A stretch of DNA of 64,000 nucleotides from an uncultured Candidatus Saccharibacteria bacterium (GCA_964600695.1 CAZRKK010000003.1:86914-150913); one strand, 5' to 3'. Positions 19,321 to 29,538 are shown, counted from the stretch's first letter. The notes: generated by a model from the sequence alone, not told the origin. Made by a program: numbers and translations.

Positions 19321-19453
19321 AAACTGTTAATTTCTTTCGTCCCTTTAGGCGGCGACGGGCTAGAACAGCTTTACCAGTACGGGTTAGCATTCTCTTTAGA
19401 AAGCCGTGTACTTGCTTACGTTTTTTTACTTTGGGATTATAAGTTGGTTGCAT
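19321..19453 (-). CDS. rpmH: 50S ribosomal protein L34 coding region, apparently frameshifted in a GGGG run
   Basis: From ATG at 19453 the frame reads [24 protein letters not shown], then hits a stop after the GGGG run at 19380-19383. The +1 frame continues (P)[20 protein letters not shown] (canonical L34 C-terminus) and runs without a stop into rnpA. Confidence 0.6.
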
Positions 19454-19523
19454 ACTAACAATTATATTGAAAAAAATCGGTTTGGTCAACCTTAAATATC
19501 TGGTCTTTTAAAGAACACACAGG

Positions 19524-19600
19524 TTTTCCACAGGTTTTACACACTCCATAACAAACTTGGCTTGTTTAAAGGCTTTTTACTTGTGGTTTACATGTTGATA
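19524..19600. promoter_or_regulatory. DnaA-box cluster upstream of dnaA (oriC part 1 / dnaA promoter region)
   Basis: TTTTCCACA (19524-32), TTTTACACA (19535-43), TGTGGTTTA, TTGATAACT are near-matches to TTATCCACA. Confidence 0.5.
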
Positions 19601-19623
19601 ACTCCACTGGTAGAATAAAAAAT

Positions 19624-20982
19624 ATGAATAACCAACAGCTCTGGCAGGCCATGTTAGGCAGCCTAGAAATCACTTTAAGCAAAGGAAATTTTAACACTTG
19701 GTTTAAAAACACAGGAATTATCGAGAAAGGTGAGGATTATATTATAGTCGGAGTGCCAAGTAACTTCACTTTAGACTGGATAAAAAATAAGTTTCATACT
19801 CTATTGTTAAAATCTCTAAAATCTCTATCTCCTGAGATAAAAGAAATTCGTTATTTTGTTGGAAACCTAAAAACCGAAGCAGAAAAACAAGGCACGCTTT
19901 TACAAAGAACAGAAAGCAACAGCAAGAACACTGTAGTTTACAAAGAATCATCCTTTAACCAAACCGGGAGTTTAAATAAAACATATACTTTCGAAACATT
20001 TATTGTAGGAAAGAATAATGAGCTAGCTCATGCAGCTAGTCAAGGAGTTTCTAAAAATCCTGGCACTCAATATAATCCATTATTTATTTATGGTGGTGTT
20101 GGATTGGGAAAAACTCATTTAATGCATGCTGTGGGAAACAAACTAATCGCTAATAACCCCCGCATGAGAGTTTTATACGCAACTAGTGAAAAGTTTACCA
20201 GTGATTATATAGATGCCCTTCGTCAAAAGAAAATGGACGATTTTAAAAAACGTTATAGGCAAGTTGATATGTTGCTCATTGATGATATTCAATTCATCGC
20301 TGGTAAAGAACAAACTCAGGAGGAATTTTTTCATACTTTTAACGAATTAAGAGATAAAGGTAAACAAATTATTCTTACTGCAGATCGTTTACCAAAGGAT
20401 ATTCCTGCAATTGAACAAAGATTAGTTTCTAGATTCGAATGGGGGATGGTCGCAGATGTTGGAGCACCAAGTTTAGAAACCAGAATAGCGATTCTAAAAA
20501 CTAAATTAGCTAAGTCTGGGATTAATTTAGATAACGATATTGTTCAATACGTAGCAGAAAATGTAGTTAATAACATCCGTGAGTTAGAAGGAGCGATGAA
20601 CAAAATTATTGTTTATCAGCAGATAGAAAGTAATCCAATCACGTTAAACGAAGTTAAGGAATTATTGGTTAGCATAGTAAATGCTAAGAAAAAGACCGTT
20701 TCTGTTAGGAAAATTGCCGAATGTGTAGCTAGTTTTTACAGCATTACAATGGAAGATTTGATAAAACAATCACGACGTAAAGAATATGTTAAACCTAGAC
20801 AAGCAGCTATGTACTTAACAAGAAAAGAACTAGGTAGTTCATTTCCTTCAATTGGTGAATTCTTCGGTGGTAGAGACCATACAACTGTGATGCATGGAGT
20901 AGAAAAAGTAGAGAAAGCAGTTAATGCCCAAGATCAAATTAAACAAGAATTAGATTTGATCTTAGAAAAAATTTACAACTAA
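19624..20982 (+). CDS. dnaA: chromosomal replication initiator protein DnaA
   Basis: AAA+ Walker A GVGLGKTHL, C-terminal DNA-binding domain. Confidence 0.95.
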   Translation: MNNQQLWQAMLGSLEITLSKGNFNTWFKNTGIIEKGEDYIIVGVPSNFTLDWIKNKFHTLLLKSLKSLSPEIKEIRYFVGNLKTEAEKQGTLLQRTESNSKNTVVYKESSFNQTGSLNKTYTFETFIVGKNNELAHAASQGVSKNPGTQYNPLFIYGGVGLGKTHLMHAVGNKLIANNPRMRVLYATSEKFTSDYIDALRQKKMDDFKKRYRQVDMLLIDDIQFIAGKEQTQEEFFHTFNELRDKGKQIILTADRLPKDIPAIEQRLVSRFEWGMVADVGAPSLETRIAILKTKLAKSGINLDNDIVQYVAENVVNNIRELEGAMNKIIVYQQIESNPITLNEVKELLVSIVNAKKKTVSVRKIAECVASFYSITMEDLIKQSRRKEYVKPRQAAMYLTRKELGSSFPSIGEFFGGRDHTTVMHGVEKVEKAVNAQDQIKQELDLILEKIYN

Positions 20983-21214
20983 AAGGTGTTGTAATGAGTG
21001 GATAGAGTTGTTAATAAGTGTGTGTAGGTTGTGTATAAATTCCCGATAAAAACAAGATAAAGAATTTATTAAAAAGTTATCAAATTTAGTTCACAAAAAT
21101 ATAAAGAAGTTATAAACAACTAATTTGGAATAATAAGTAATGTTTAATTCAGATTAAAGTGTTTATCCACTAATCCACCGACTCTATTACAACTACTAAT
21201 TAATTATATAAAGA
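20983..21214. promoter_or_regulatory. candidate oriC (AT-rich dnaA-dnaN spacer with DnaA boxes)
   Basis: Very AT-rich 232 bp; TTATCCAC at 21163-21170 (8/9 to consensus), TTATCAAAT, AGTTCACAA. Confidence 0.5.
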
Positions 21215-22336
21215 ATGAAGATAATAAGTACACAGGAAAACTTAAAGAACGGATTACAAATCGTTAGCCGAGTAGTTGGTAATAGTTCGACATTGCCAAT
21301 TCTAAATAATGTAATGTTAGAAACTGATAATGGTTTACTAAAAATTTCTGGTACTAATCTAGAAACTGGAATCAGTACTTATATCCGATGCGCGATTGAA
21401 GAAGAAGGTGGAATTTGCGTTGGTGTAAAAACAATCACTGATTTAATTAATAGTTTTCCTTCCGAAAATATCACAATCGAAACTGGTGAGTTAGAAACCT
21501 CAATTACTACAGATAACAGTAATGTAAAAATCAAACACCTTTCAACAGAAGATTTCCCATTAATCCCTAAAATTGAAGATTCAGGTGTAGTAAAGATTAA
21601 TGCCTCTGATTTAAAAATCGCTTTGGATCAAGTTATTTTTGCTTCTAGTACCAGTGAAACTCAGCCAGAGATTTCTGGGATATTATTCTGGTTTGGGGGT
21701 GAGAATGTATTAATTACTGCCACAGACCGTTATCGTTTGGCAGAAAAGAAGGTTTCGTACAAAGGTGATGTTTCTTCACTTGGAAACAGTGAAAATGGGC
21801 AAAAGATTATTATTCCTCACCGAAGCAGTATAGAAATCTCCCGCTTACTTACTGGTTTAACCGGCGAAATAGAATTAAACATTACTTCTACTCAATTAGC
21901 CTTTAATCTTGAAAATACCTATATTGTGACTAGATTAATTGATGGAACATATCCTGATTATCAACAAATTATCCCAGACTCTAGTAATACAACCATAATA
22001 TTTGATAAAAATGATCTAGTTTCGGCATTAAAAACCAGTAGTGTATTTTCTCGAGGATCTGGTAGTATTACTGTAAATTATGATTCTGAGCAGAATTCAA
22101 TGCAGTTAAATTCCGTTTCGCACGATCTAGGTGAAAGCAAAGTGGATGTAGTCTGTAGAATTTCCGGCCCATCTGGTTCTTTGGTAGTAAATTATCGATA
22201 TTTATCTGATTTCTTAAACAATTTAAATACTGATACACTGGTTATGAAGATTATTGATGAAAATGAACCTATTACTTTTGTTCCAGAAAATGACAACTCC
22301 TACCTTTATCTTGTAATGCCTATTAAGCAACAATAA
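21215..22336 (+). CDS. dnaN: DNA polymerase III beta sliding clamp
   Basis: 373 aa, three-domain clamp architecture; conserved dnaA-dnaN-recF order. Confidence 0.9.
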   Translation: MKIISTQENLKNGLQIVSRVVGNSSTLPILNNVMLETDNGLLKISGTNLETGISTYIRCAIEEEGGICVGVKTITDLINSFPSENITIETGELETSITTDNSNVKIKHLSTEDFPLIPKIEDSGVVKINASDLKIALDQVIFASSTSETQPEISGILFWFGGENVLITATDRYRLAEKKVSYKGDVSSLGNSENGQKIIIPHRSSIEISRLLTGLTGEIELNITSTQLAFNLENTYIVTRLIDGTYPDYQQIIPDSSNTTIIFDKNDLVSALKTSSVFSRGSGSITVNYDSEQNSMQLNSVSHDLGESKVDVVCRISGPSGSLVVNYRYLSDFLNNLNTDTLVMKIIDENEPITFVPENDNSYLYLVMPIKQQ

Positions 22337-22359
22337 TTTATTAGCCTAGAAAGACTATT

Positions 22360-23454
22360 ATGCAAATCAAAAAGATTAACTTAAAGAACTTCCGTAATTA
22401 TCCAGACTTAGATTTAGATATTACCCACGAGATGGTAATTTTATCCGGTCCTAATGCAGTAGGTAAGACTAACTTATTAGAATCCATATATTTTGGTTCT
22501 TTATTTAAATCTTTTCGTGATGATGCAGATTTTATCTTCTTAAAATCAACCAATGATTCAAAAATTAAAATCGATTTCGAATCAAGTAGTGGAGAAGCTA
22601 ATGAATTAGAAATATTTTTAGAAAAGCGGGATCGAATATTTGCAAACTTTAAAATCAATGGAGTAAAAAAGAAACGTAAACAAGCCCAAGGATTTTTAAA
22701 AGTTGTAATTTTTGAACCTAGTGATGTTGATTTATTTACTAAACCACCAGAAGCTCGACGTAAATATTTTAATATGGTGTTATCCCAAAAACATCCTGAG
22801 TATCTAGAATTGCTAGGAAGTTATAAAAAGGCGATGACTCAAAAGAATCGCTTTCTACAAGACTTAAAACAAGGTAATGGGGATGTTTCTGCACTAGATA
22901 GTTGGAATGAGCAAATTGCAAACATTGGTTCGGAAATTATTTGGTTTAGAAAACAGTTTGTAAATTTCCTTAATCAAAATTTGTCCGAAGTATACACCAA
23001 TATTTCTAAATTTCAGAGAACAGTTGAACTTGTTTATGAAAGTATTGCTGGAGAAACTAAAGAAGAAATTTACAATAACTTTTTACAACAATTAGATAAG
23101 GTTCGTCCTAGAGAATTAGGTGCCGCTACCTGCCTCGTAGGGCCTCATAGAGACGACTTTTTCCTTCAGAGTGAGGGATTGTTCCTGGTCTCATTCTCGT
23201 CCCGTGGTGAGCAACGTAGTCAGATTTTAGCACTAAAGATTTTAGAATTAGAATACTTAACTAAAGAAGGTGAGTCCCCGATATTATTGTTGGACGACGT
23301 ACTTAGCGAGTTAGATGATACCCGTCGAACATTCTTATTAAAATATCTTCAAGGTAAATTCCAAACCTTTATTACCACTACTCATCCATTAGAAATGGTG
23401 GGTCAACATGTAACTTTAAGCCCTGCAGTTGTAGAAGAAGAAGTTACTGAATAG
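22360..23454 (+). CDS. recF: DNA replication/repair protein RecF
   Basis: N-terminal Walker A LSGPNAVGKTNLLE, C-terminal LLLDDVLSELD. Confidence 0.9.
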   Translation: MQIKKINLKNFRNYPDLDLDITHEMVILSGPNAVGKTNLLESIYFGSLFKSFRDDADFIFLKSTNDSKIKIDFESSSGEANELEIFLEKRDRIFANFKINGVKKKRKQAQGFLKVVIFEPSDVDLFTKPPEARRKYFNMVLSQKHPEYLELLGSYKKAMTQKNRFLQDLKQGNGDVSALDSWNEQIANIGSEIIWFRKQFVNFLNQNLSEVYTNISKFQRTVELVYESIAGETKEEIYNNFLQQLDKVRPRELGAATCLVGPHRDDFFLQSEGLFLVSFSSRGEQRSQILALKILELEYLTKEGESPILLLDDVLSELDDTRRTFLLKYLQGKFQTFITTTHPLEMVGQHVTLSPAVVEEEVTE

Positions 23455-23469
23455 CTATAATACTAATAT

Positions 23470-23578
23470 AAAACTAAAAGGTATTACTTTCGCTCCAATA
23501 TCGCTACGTAACCTATCCGCCTTCCGGCGAATGGTTACTGTGCGAGAAGTGTCGCTTAAAGTAATACCTTTTAGTTTT
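23470..23578 (-). repeat. Copy B of the conserved structured element (inverted relative to copy A): 66-nt core (23491-23556) closed by a perfect 21-bp stem
   Basis: Arms aaaactaaaaggtattacttt / aaagtaataccttttagtttt; core is the reverse complement of copy A core (65/66 identical); lies between convergent recF and nucleotidyltransferase genes. Confidence 0.8.
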
Positions 23579-23592
23579 TATTATAATAGGAT

Positions 23593-24660
23593 CTATAAAA
23601 ACTTATTTAACTTAGGGGAGGATTTAAGCTTTTCTATAAGGTGCTTTAACTCTTCACTTTTATTTTTATCAGCCACTAATACTGCTTCTGGTGTGACTAC
23701 AATAATTAGATTGTCTACATGTAAAGTACTAACTATTTGTTTAGGGTTGTAATTGTAAATTAAACTACCAGTAGTTTTATGAGAAATTGTTAATCCTTCA
23801 GTTAGGTTGTCATTTAGTTCTGATTGAATATCTTTGATTACACTCCAACGACCTACATCAGCCCAATCAAATTTTCCTGGTGTGACTAAAATTTCTTTTG
23901 GATTCTTAATAAGAATTTCTTCAAAATCAAATGACGGCATCTTGGAGTAATATTTTTTAATCACTTGAGTTTGATTTTTAGTACCAATAGCTGGTTTAAT
24001 TACCATGAGCAATTTATAAGCTTCTGGTTGGTATTGTTTATATAAATCCAATATATGATTAGCAGAAGAAATAAAATATCCGGAATTGATCAAATACTTT
24101 CCTGATTTAAAATATTTTTCTGCGAGTTTGTCTGTTGGTTTATCAGTAAATTGTTTTACAGAATATACAGTTTTAGATATTGCTTTACCTGTATTTAAAT
24201 ATCGAAATGCTTTACTTGGAGAAGTAGGTTTTATTCCAACTGCTACAATCGTGTTAGGATTTTCTTTTAAAAACTTCTCTGCATTTTTTAAAGTCTGATG
24301 ATAAATATCATCTTGTTTAATATGATCATCAGACCAAGCAGTAGCAAAAATATCGTCATTACTTTGAGATTGCATAATTAAAGCCGCTAAACCTAATGCA
24401 GGGCCACGATCTTTTCTCATAGGCTCTAGTGAAAGATGAGATTTTTTTATTTGGGGAAGTTGTTGTTGAATTTGCTCCGCGTAATCACTTGCGGTGGCTA
24501 TAAAAATTTGCGCAGGGTTAAAACCTTTGCGCATTCTTTTGTATGTTTGTTGTAAAAGAGTGTCTTTTCCAACTAGCTTTAGTAGTTGTTTGGGTTGAGA
24601 TTTACGGCTAGCTGGCCAGAGTCTTGTGCCTTGGCCACCAGCAAAGATTAATACATTCAT
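23593..24660 (-). CDS. mannose-1-phosphate guanylyltransferase-like nucleotidyltransferase
   Basis: N-terminus MNVLIFAGGQGTRLWPASRKSQPKQL is typical of the ManC/CpsB NTP-transferase domain. Confidence 0.7.
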   Translation of the reverse strand: MNVLIFAGGQGTRLWPASRKSQPKQLLKLVGKDTLLQQTYKRMRKGFNPAQIFIATASDYAEQIQQQLPQIKKSHLSLEPMRKDRGPALGLAALIMQSQSNDDIFATAWSDDHIKQDDIYHQTLKNAEKFLKENPNTIVAVGIKPTSPSKAFRYLNTGKAISKTVYSVKQFTDKPTDKLAEKYFKSGKYLINSGYFISSANHILDLYKQYQPEAYKLLMVIKPAIGTKNQTQVIKKYYSKMPSFDFEEILIKNPKEILVTPGKFDWADVGRWSVIKDIQSELNDNLTEGLTISHKTTGSLIYNYNPKQIVSTLHVDNLIIVVTPEAVLVADKNKSEELKHLIEKLKSSPKLNKFL

Positions 24661-24669
24661 TTAAAAAGG

Positions 24670-25212
24670 TTAAGGTTTTGGGTTTTCTTTACTTGTATTA
24701 CTATGAGCTTCATAGAGTTGCAAGATTAAACTAGCGATTTCTCCAGGGTGAGGTACATTATGAAACTCAAAACGTTGGGCTGCTCCAGCGGTTTGTATAA
24801 AGACAGTCCCATAATTTAGAATGTTTCCAAAGACACCAACATTTTGACTGGTTACATCTTCAATGGTTTCGATGTTTAATTCAGAAACTTCACGGAACAA
24901 TAATCCAACTTGATCAATATCAACAATTCTTTGGTCTGTAACTATATGAACATTTAAATAATATAGCACCCAAAGAATAAAAGCCGCTAATACTAGTACT
25001 AAGTAATAAATTTGTAAACCAACCGATAAAATTGTATTAAAAGTTTCTGATTCAATGATAAAATCTACAGCCGCCATAATAATGCCAAGAATAATTGGAG
25101 CTAAAATAAACACTGTTATTAATGCAAACTTCACAGCAAGTAAAAACCAATGCTCTCGCACTACTAGCATGATTTTTTCGTTAGGTTGTTGGCTAGGGAA
25201 TAATTTATTCAT
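24670..25212 (-). CDS. membrane protein with bacterial PH (YdbT-like) domain
   Basis: Two TM helices then a bPH-like region; start trimmed to MNKLFPS to avoid overlap with the upstream small ORF. Confidence 0.45.
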   Translation of the reverse strand: MNKLFPSQQPNEKIMLVVREHWFLLAVKFALITVFILAPIILGIIMAAVDFIIESETFNTILSVGLQIYYLVLVLAAFILWVLYYLNVHIVTDQRIVDIDQVGLLFREVSELNIETIEDVTSQNVGVFGNILNYGTVFIQTAGAAQRFEFHNVPHPGEIASLILQLYEAHSNTSKENPKP

Positions 25213-25216
25213 ATAT

Positions 25217-25423
25217 TTAAAAAGCGAATTGAAGAGTTGCGAAGGCAGCGATAATTTGCAAAACAAAAATCGCACCAAACACCATACTAGTTAAAGTACT
25301 GACGGTTATTGTTCGACCATATTTAATTACGATATAAACCGAGAGTAGCGCTGCTACTGACAGTAGGGCAACTACAACCAAGAAAACAATATTGGCGATA
25401 CTCTGGATACTTGTTAAGTCCAT
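25217..25423 (-). CDS. small two-TM membrane protein
   Basis: 68 aa, hydrophobic; abuts the downstream gene with a 4-nt gap. Confidence 0.35.
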   Translation of the reverse strand: MDLTSIQSIANIVFLVVVALLSVAALLSVYIVIKYGRTITVSTLTSMVFGAIFVLQIIAAFATLQFAF

Positions 25424-25441
25424 TCTAGTCCAAATTAAAGA

Positions 25442-26512
25442 TTAAAAAATAGAAGGCTGATTATTTATTGAATTCAAATTTTCAGGGATATCTATATTGA
25501 GAAGTTCGTAGGCTTGCTTGGTAGCTTGACGCCCTTTAGGAGTGCGAATAAGAAATCCTGAGCGAATTAAAAATGGTTCGTGGACATCAGATATTGTGTC
25601 TGGTTCTTCCCCAGTTGCTGCTGCAATTGAATTAACACCAACAGGCCCACCTTTGAATTGCTTGATGATAATTTCAAGAATTTTCCGGTCATGCTTATCT
25701 AGTCCAAATTCATCAATTTCTAGCATTTTTAGACTTTCTGTAGCATGTTCTGAGGTTATTTTATCATGGCCAGCAACTTGAGAAAAATCCCTAACCCTCT
25801 TCAGTAATCGATTAGCTATCCTAGGTGTGTAGCGACTGCGAGTTGAGATCAAATCTACTGCATTTCTATCAATATTAGTTTTTAAAATATCAGCCGATCG
25901 GGAAATAATTTCTGAAAGATCATTTGGTTCGTAGTAATCTAAATGATAAACAATTCCAAAACGGTCTCGCATTGGAGCAGAAATTAAACCAACTCTAGTT
26001 GTGGCACCGATCAAAGTAAATCTTGGTAATTCCATACGAACACTTCGTGCCCCTGGTCCTTTACCAATCATAATATCTAAAACTCTATCTTCCATAGCTG
26101 GGTAGAGAATTTCTTCTATTACTTTATTGAGTCTGTGAATTTCATCAATAAATAAAACATCACCTTCATTTAGATTAGTAAGGAGTGAGGCGAGGTCCCC
26201 AGCACGTTCGATTGCTGGTCCAGATGTTGTTTTAATATTACTACCCAGTTCTTTAGCTACGATATGGGCAAGTGTAGTCTTTCCTAATCCTGGTGGCCCG
26301 TAAAGAAGTAAATGATCAAGAGGTTCGTTGCGAAGTTTAGTAGCTTTTATTACAACGTTAAGATTATCTTTGAGTTGTTGCTGGCCAATAAATTGACCTA
26401 AGGTTTGAGGTCGAAGTGATAGTTCAAAATAACCATCATCTACCATGGCTTCATTTAAAAGTTGTTCCGAAATTTTCTCGGAATCTAATTCTGAATCACT
26501 CGAAGAAATCAT
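25442..26512 (-). CDS. ruvB: Holliday junction branch migration helicase RuvB
   Basis: [12 protein letters not shown] ... [17 protein letters not shown]+ motifs. Confidence 0.9.
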   Translation of the reverse strand: MISSSDSELDSEKISEQLLNEAMVDDGYFELSLRPQTLGQFIGQQQLKDNLNVVIKATKLRNEPLDHLLLYGPPGLGKTTLAHIVAKELGSNIKTTSGPAIERAGDLASLLTNLNEGDVLFIDEIHRLNKVIEEILYPAMEDRVLDIMIGKGPGARSVRMELPRFTLIGATTRVGLISAPMRDRFGIVYHLDYYEPNDLSEIISRSADILKTNIDRNAVDLISTRSRYTPRIANRLLKRVRDFSQVAGHDKITSEHATESLKMLEIDEFGLDKHDRKILEIIIKQFKGGPVGVNSIAAATGEEPDTISDVHEPFLIRSGFLIRTPKGRQATKQAYELLNIDIPENLNSINNQPSIF

Positions 26513-27837
26513 TATTGAATTAAATTAGTTGGAGAAGTTGCAGGTGTTGTAGTAGCTGGGCTAGTGGCTGGGGGAGCGGTAGGTTCTGTTACAGGAGTGA
26601 TGTTTGAGTTTGGATTAGGGACAAATTCTTCTTTCTTATGGAATAAAGCAGGTGGTTGGTAGGTGGACGCAAACTTGTCTGTTTTGCTTTCGCCATTCTT
26701 TATCACAGTTCTGGTCCAGGTAGCTTTCATAGATCCATCGCTCTTTCTGTCGTAAGCCACTGGTTGATTTAGTTTTACTTCACGACCATCATAAGTACCG
26801 TAAAAATCAAAGACTAAGTAATCTTCAGTTTTGAAATATGGCCAAATCAAAATACTTTTGCCAGTATCATTCATAAATTTCAAGTCAATCACACCAGGAT
26901 AAATAGTAGCGTCACTGCCTTGTGGGGCATAGTACTGAACCGCGTAAGAGTGGTTGCGACGTTGGGTAATTGGTAAGCCCGCGTGCATAGCTGCTCTAAA
27001 AGTAGTTGAAGAAACCTGACAAAGGCCACCTCCTAATTCTGGTACAGTCCCTTCTGCTTTAATCACTAACTCTGGTTTAAAACCTTGATCGGCTTCTACT
27101 GGACCAAGGTATTTGTTAAAGCTAAATTCTTCACCTGGTTTAACAATAACTCCCTTCATCTTTGATACTCCAACTTTTATATTATGTCTGCGATTAGATG
27201 GGCTACCAGAAAACTTTGATTCCCCACGACCAATTAACTCGGTAATTCCTAAATCATTAGTAGAGCTAAGAGATTTATTTGGTTGAGTAGTTTTTGGGTT
27301 AAGGTCAATTTTATTATTCCCAAGTTCTAGATTTTGAATAATTTGCAAAGTCGCTTGGTATCGGTCTAATCTTTTACCAATTGTTGGAGGAGTAAACTTT
27401 GTTGCCCGACCATTTTTGATAACAAGTTCTGGTTCTTTGCTTTCGGTGTTGATGGTGTCAGAAATTGTTTTTGTCCAAGCATAAACTTTACTCGGACTAT
27501 ATTTATAGGTTCTAGTTTCTGGGACTAGTTTCCCCGGCTTCAAATAAACATTTTTTATAAGTTGGTCAATTGGCCAGCTTTGATATTTAATTAAAGAATT
27601 AACAGGTAGAGTGAAGCTTCCTTTCCAGTCACTTTTTAGAGCTTCGGAGATTGTGGCTTGAGTGGTGCTGTCGAAACTAGTGACGGTTTCATAGGTTGGG
27701 ACAGGTGTTTGTGTGAATGGGGCACCATTAGCTGATGCTGGAAAAAACCAAACAAACCCAACTACTGTAAAAGTAATTAAGTAATAAGTTTTTGATAAAG
27801 TGTAGATTGGTTTTATTGTTTGATTAGTTAACATCAA
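26512..27837 (-). CDS. VanW-domain protein
   Basis: N-terminal TM; [15 protein letters not shown] resembles the VanW signature. Confidence 0.6.
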   Translation of the reverse strand: MMLTNQTIKPIYTLSKTYYLITFTVVGFVWFFPASANGAPFTQTPVPTYETVTSFDSTTQATISEALKSDWKGSFTLPVNSLIKYQSWPIDQLIKNVYLKPGKLVPETRTYKYSPSKVYAWTKTISDTINTESKEPELVIKNGRATKFTPPTIGKRLDRYQATLQIIQNLELGNNKIDLNPKTTQPNKSLSSTNDLGITELIGRGESKFSGSPSNRRHNIKVGVSKMKGVIVKPGEEFSFNKYLGPVEADQGFKPELVIKAEGTVPELGGGLCQVSSTTFRAAMHAGLPITQRRNHSYAVQYYAPQGSDATIYPGVIDLKFMNDTGKSILIWPYFKTEDYLVFDFYGTYDGREVKLNQPVAYDRKSDGSMKATWTRTVIKNGESKTDKFASTYQPPALFHKKEEFVPNPNSNITPVTEPTAPPATSPATTTPATSPTNLIQ

Positions 27838-28213
27838 TGTCTCTAGTAAAATTTATATGAATTGTGTTGCTTGGTAGGTGGTCTCGGATCTTCTCTGCCC
27901 ATTCTATAACAGTGATGGTTTCTTTTCTTCCCCAAACTTCTTCTAACCCTAAAGCAGAGACTTCGGCAAAATTTTTGGTTCTATAAAGATCTAAGTGATA
28001 TATCCAAAAATTTTTACCTTTATACTGTTGCATTAGGACAAAAGTTGGGCTGGTGACTGTTCTAGAAACACCTAACTCTTTAGCAAGGGCTTTGGTAAAA
28101 CTAGTTTTTCCACTGCCTAAAGTGCCTGATAAGGCTAAAATCTCCCCACCTTTGAGCTTTTTAGCTATTTTCACAGCTTCTGAGTTAACCTGTGAGAGTT
28201 TAATTTCTATCAT
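27824..28213 (-). CDS. tsaE: tRNA t6A37 biosynthesis ATPase TsaE
   Basis: Walker A LSGTLGSGKTSFTKA; small YjeE-like P-loop protein. Confidence 0.8.
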   Translation of the reverse strand: MIEIKLSQVNSEAVKIAKKLKGGEILALSGTLGSGKTSFTKALAKELGVSRTVTSPTFVLMQQYKGKNFWIYHLDLYRTKNFAEVSALGLEEVWGRKETITVIEWAEKIRDHLPSNTIHINFTRDIDVN

Positions 28214-28285
28214 AATCTACTGTTATTTTAGCGGTATTGACCAAATTAGTAAACGTTTAGTATAGTAACTAACTACCCTAATATT

Positions 28286-29503
28286 ATGGATTCAGAAACA
28301 CCAATAAAAATTAATAAAATGATTGCCGGTGCTACTAAAATAGCAGTGGTTTTACCACAGCATCTAAACCTAGATGTGCTTTGTGCTGGGCTGGCTCTTC
28401 ATCAAAAACTTACTTCTATAGACGGTAAGCAGGTCAGCCTATTTAGTAGTGCTAAGACTATTCCACTAGTAGAATTTAATCATAAGCTACCAGCGATTCA
28501 CTCCAGTTTTGGTTCCGGTAATGAGCTAACTATTAAAGTCAGTGGTGAGAATGTTAAACCTAAACAACTTCGTTACGAAAAAATTCAAGATGACTTATTT
28601 ATTTATGTAGCCCCAGAAGTTTCTACAACCCCTGAAGTCTCTGTAACTACAAGTAACCCTTCTCAATTTACAACCGCAGATGTAGAAGTATTTCCACCAT
28701 TAACCACCTTTGATTTATTGATAATTATTGGTGCAGAAAATCTAGAAACCCTCGGAACTCTATACGAAAAAAATCCAGAAGTTTTTTATAGCACAGCCAA
28801 GATTGCTATTAACAACAAAATAGAACAAGAATATTTTGCTACAGCAACTTGGGTAGAAAGTGATATACCAAGTTTGTCACAACAACTAGGTGAATGGTTT
28901 TTGCAAACCCTACAAGTTTCCAATAACGGCACACATCTTTTTTTGAGTGATGATTTTATAACCACTAATTTATTAGCAGGAATAATTTCTGCTACTCAAA
29001 GCTTTAGTGATCCAAAGACAACTCCAAATACTTTGGCTTTGGCTGCAAAGTTAGTTGCAAGTGGTGCACGACGCCAAGATATAATTAAATATTTATTTAA
29101 AACCAAGCCATTTAATTTATTACAGCTTTGGGGCAGAGCTTTAGCTCGGATTAAAACTTTTCAGAACGAGACAATTCTTTATACCCAGATCACTGCTCAA
29201 GATTTTACAAAGACTAACACTACGTCCGAATTATTATCCGACGTGATCTCAGAAATTATCAATATGGCGAATAATTATAAGTTAATTATTTTAGCTGCCG
29301 AGGTTGTTAATGGTGTGGAATTGTTGTTTGCTGGCCCTCCTCATGTAAAGATTAAACAGTTAGCTAAGGGGATTGACCCAACATTTGCAGGCCAATCCGA
29401 GCCTTTGCTTGGCAACTATCAATATATAAAACTAAATTTACCAGATTTTAAACTAGAAGATTTAGATCAAGTAGTTTCTACTCTTAGCGCAACTGGTATA
29501 TAA
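28286..29503 (+). CDS. hypothetical protein
   Basis: 405-aa ORF immediately upstream of the pilB/gspE ATPase; N-terminal HLNLD..G segment faintly resembles a degenerate DHH motif. Confidence 0.35.
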   Translation: MDSETPIKINKMIAGATKIAVVLPQHLNLDVLCAGLALHQKLTSIDGKQVSLFSSAKTIPLVEFNHKLPAIHSSFGSGNELTIKVSGENVKPKQLRYEKIQDDLFIYVAPEVSTTPEVSVTTSNPSQFTTADVEVFPPLTTFDLLIIIGAENLETLGTLYEKNPEVFYSTAKIAINNKIEQEYFATATWVESDIPSLSQQLGEWFLQTLQVSNNGTHLFLSDDFITTNLLAGIISATQSFSDPKTTPNTLALAAKLVASGARRQDIIKYLFKTKPFNLLQLWGRALARIKTFQNETILYTQITAQDFTKTNTTSELLSDVISEIINMANNYKLIILAAEVVNGVELLFAGPPHVKIKQLAKGIDPTFAGQSEPLLGNYQYIKLNLPDFKLEDLDQVVSTLSATGI

Positions 29504-29538
29504 TTAAGTATATTAGTATTGAGAAATAAAAATAAAAC

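Noticed and set aside
24670-25278. Full-length 202-aa reading of the bPH membrane protein
   Set aside because: Its N-terminal 22 codons overlap the small ORF 25217..25423 on the same strand. The internal start MNKLF removes the overlap.
28286-29503. DHH phosphoesterase (NrnA-like) assignment for the 405-aa protein
   Set aside because: Only a faint H-x3-D-x4-G resemblance is present. The DxD and DHH catalytic motifs are absent, so the protein is left as hypothetical.
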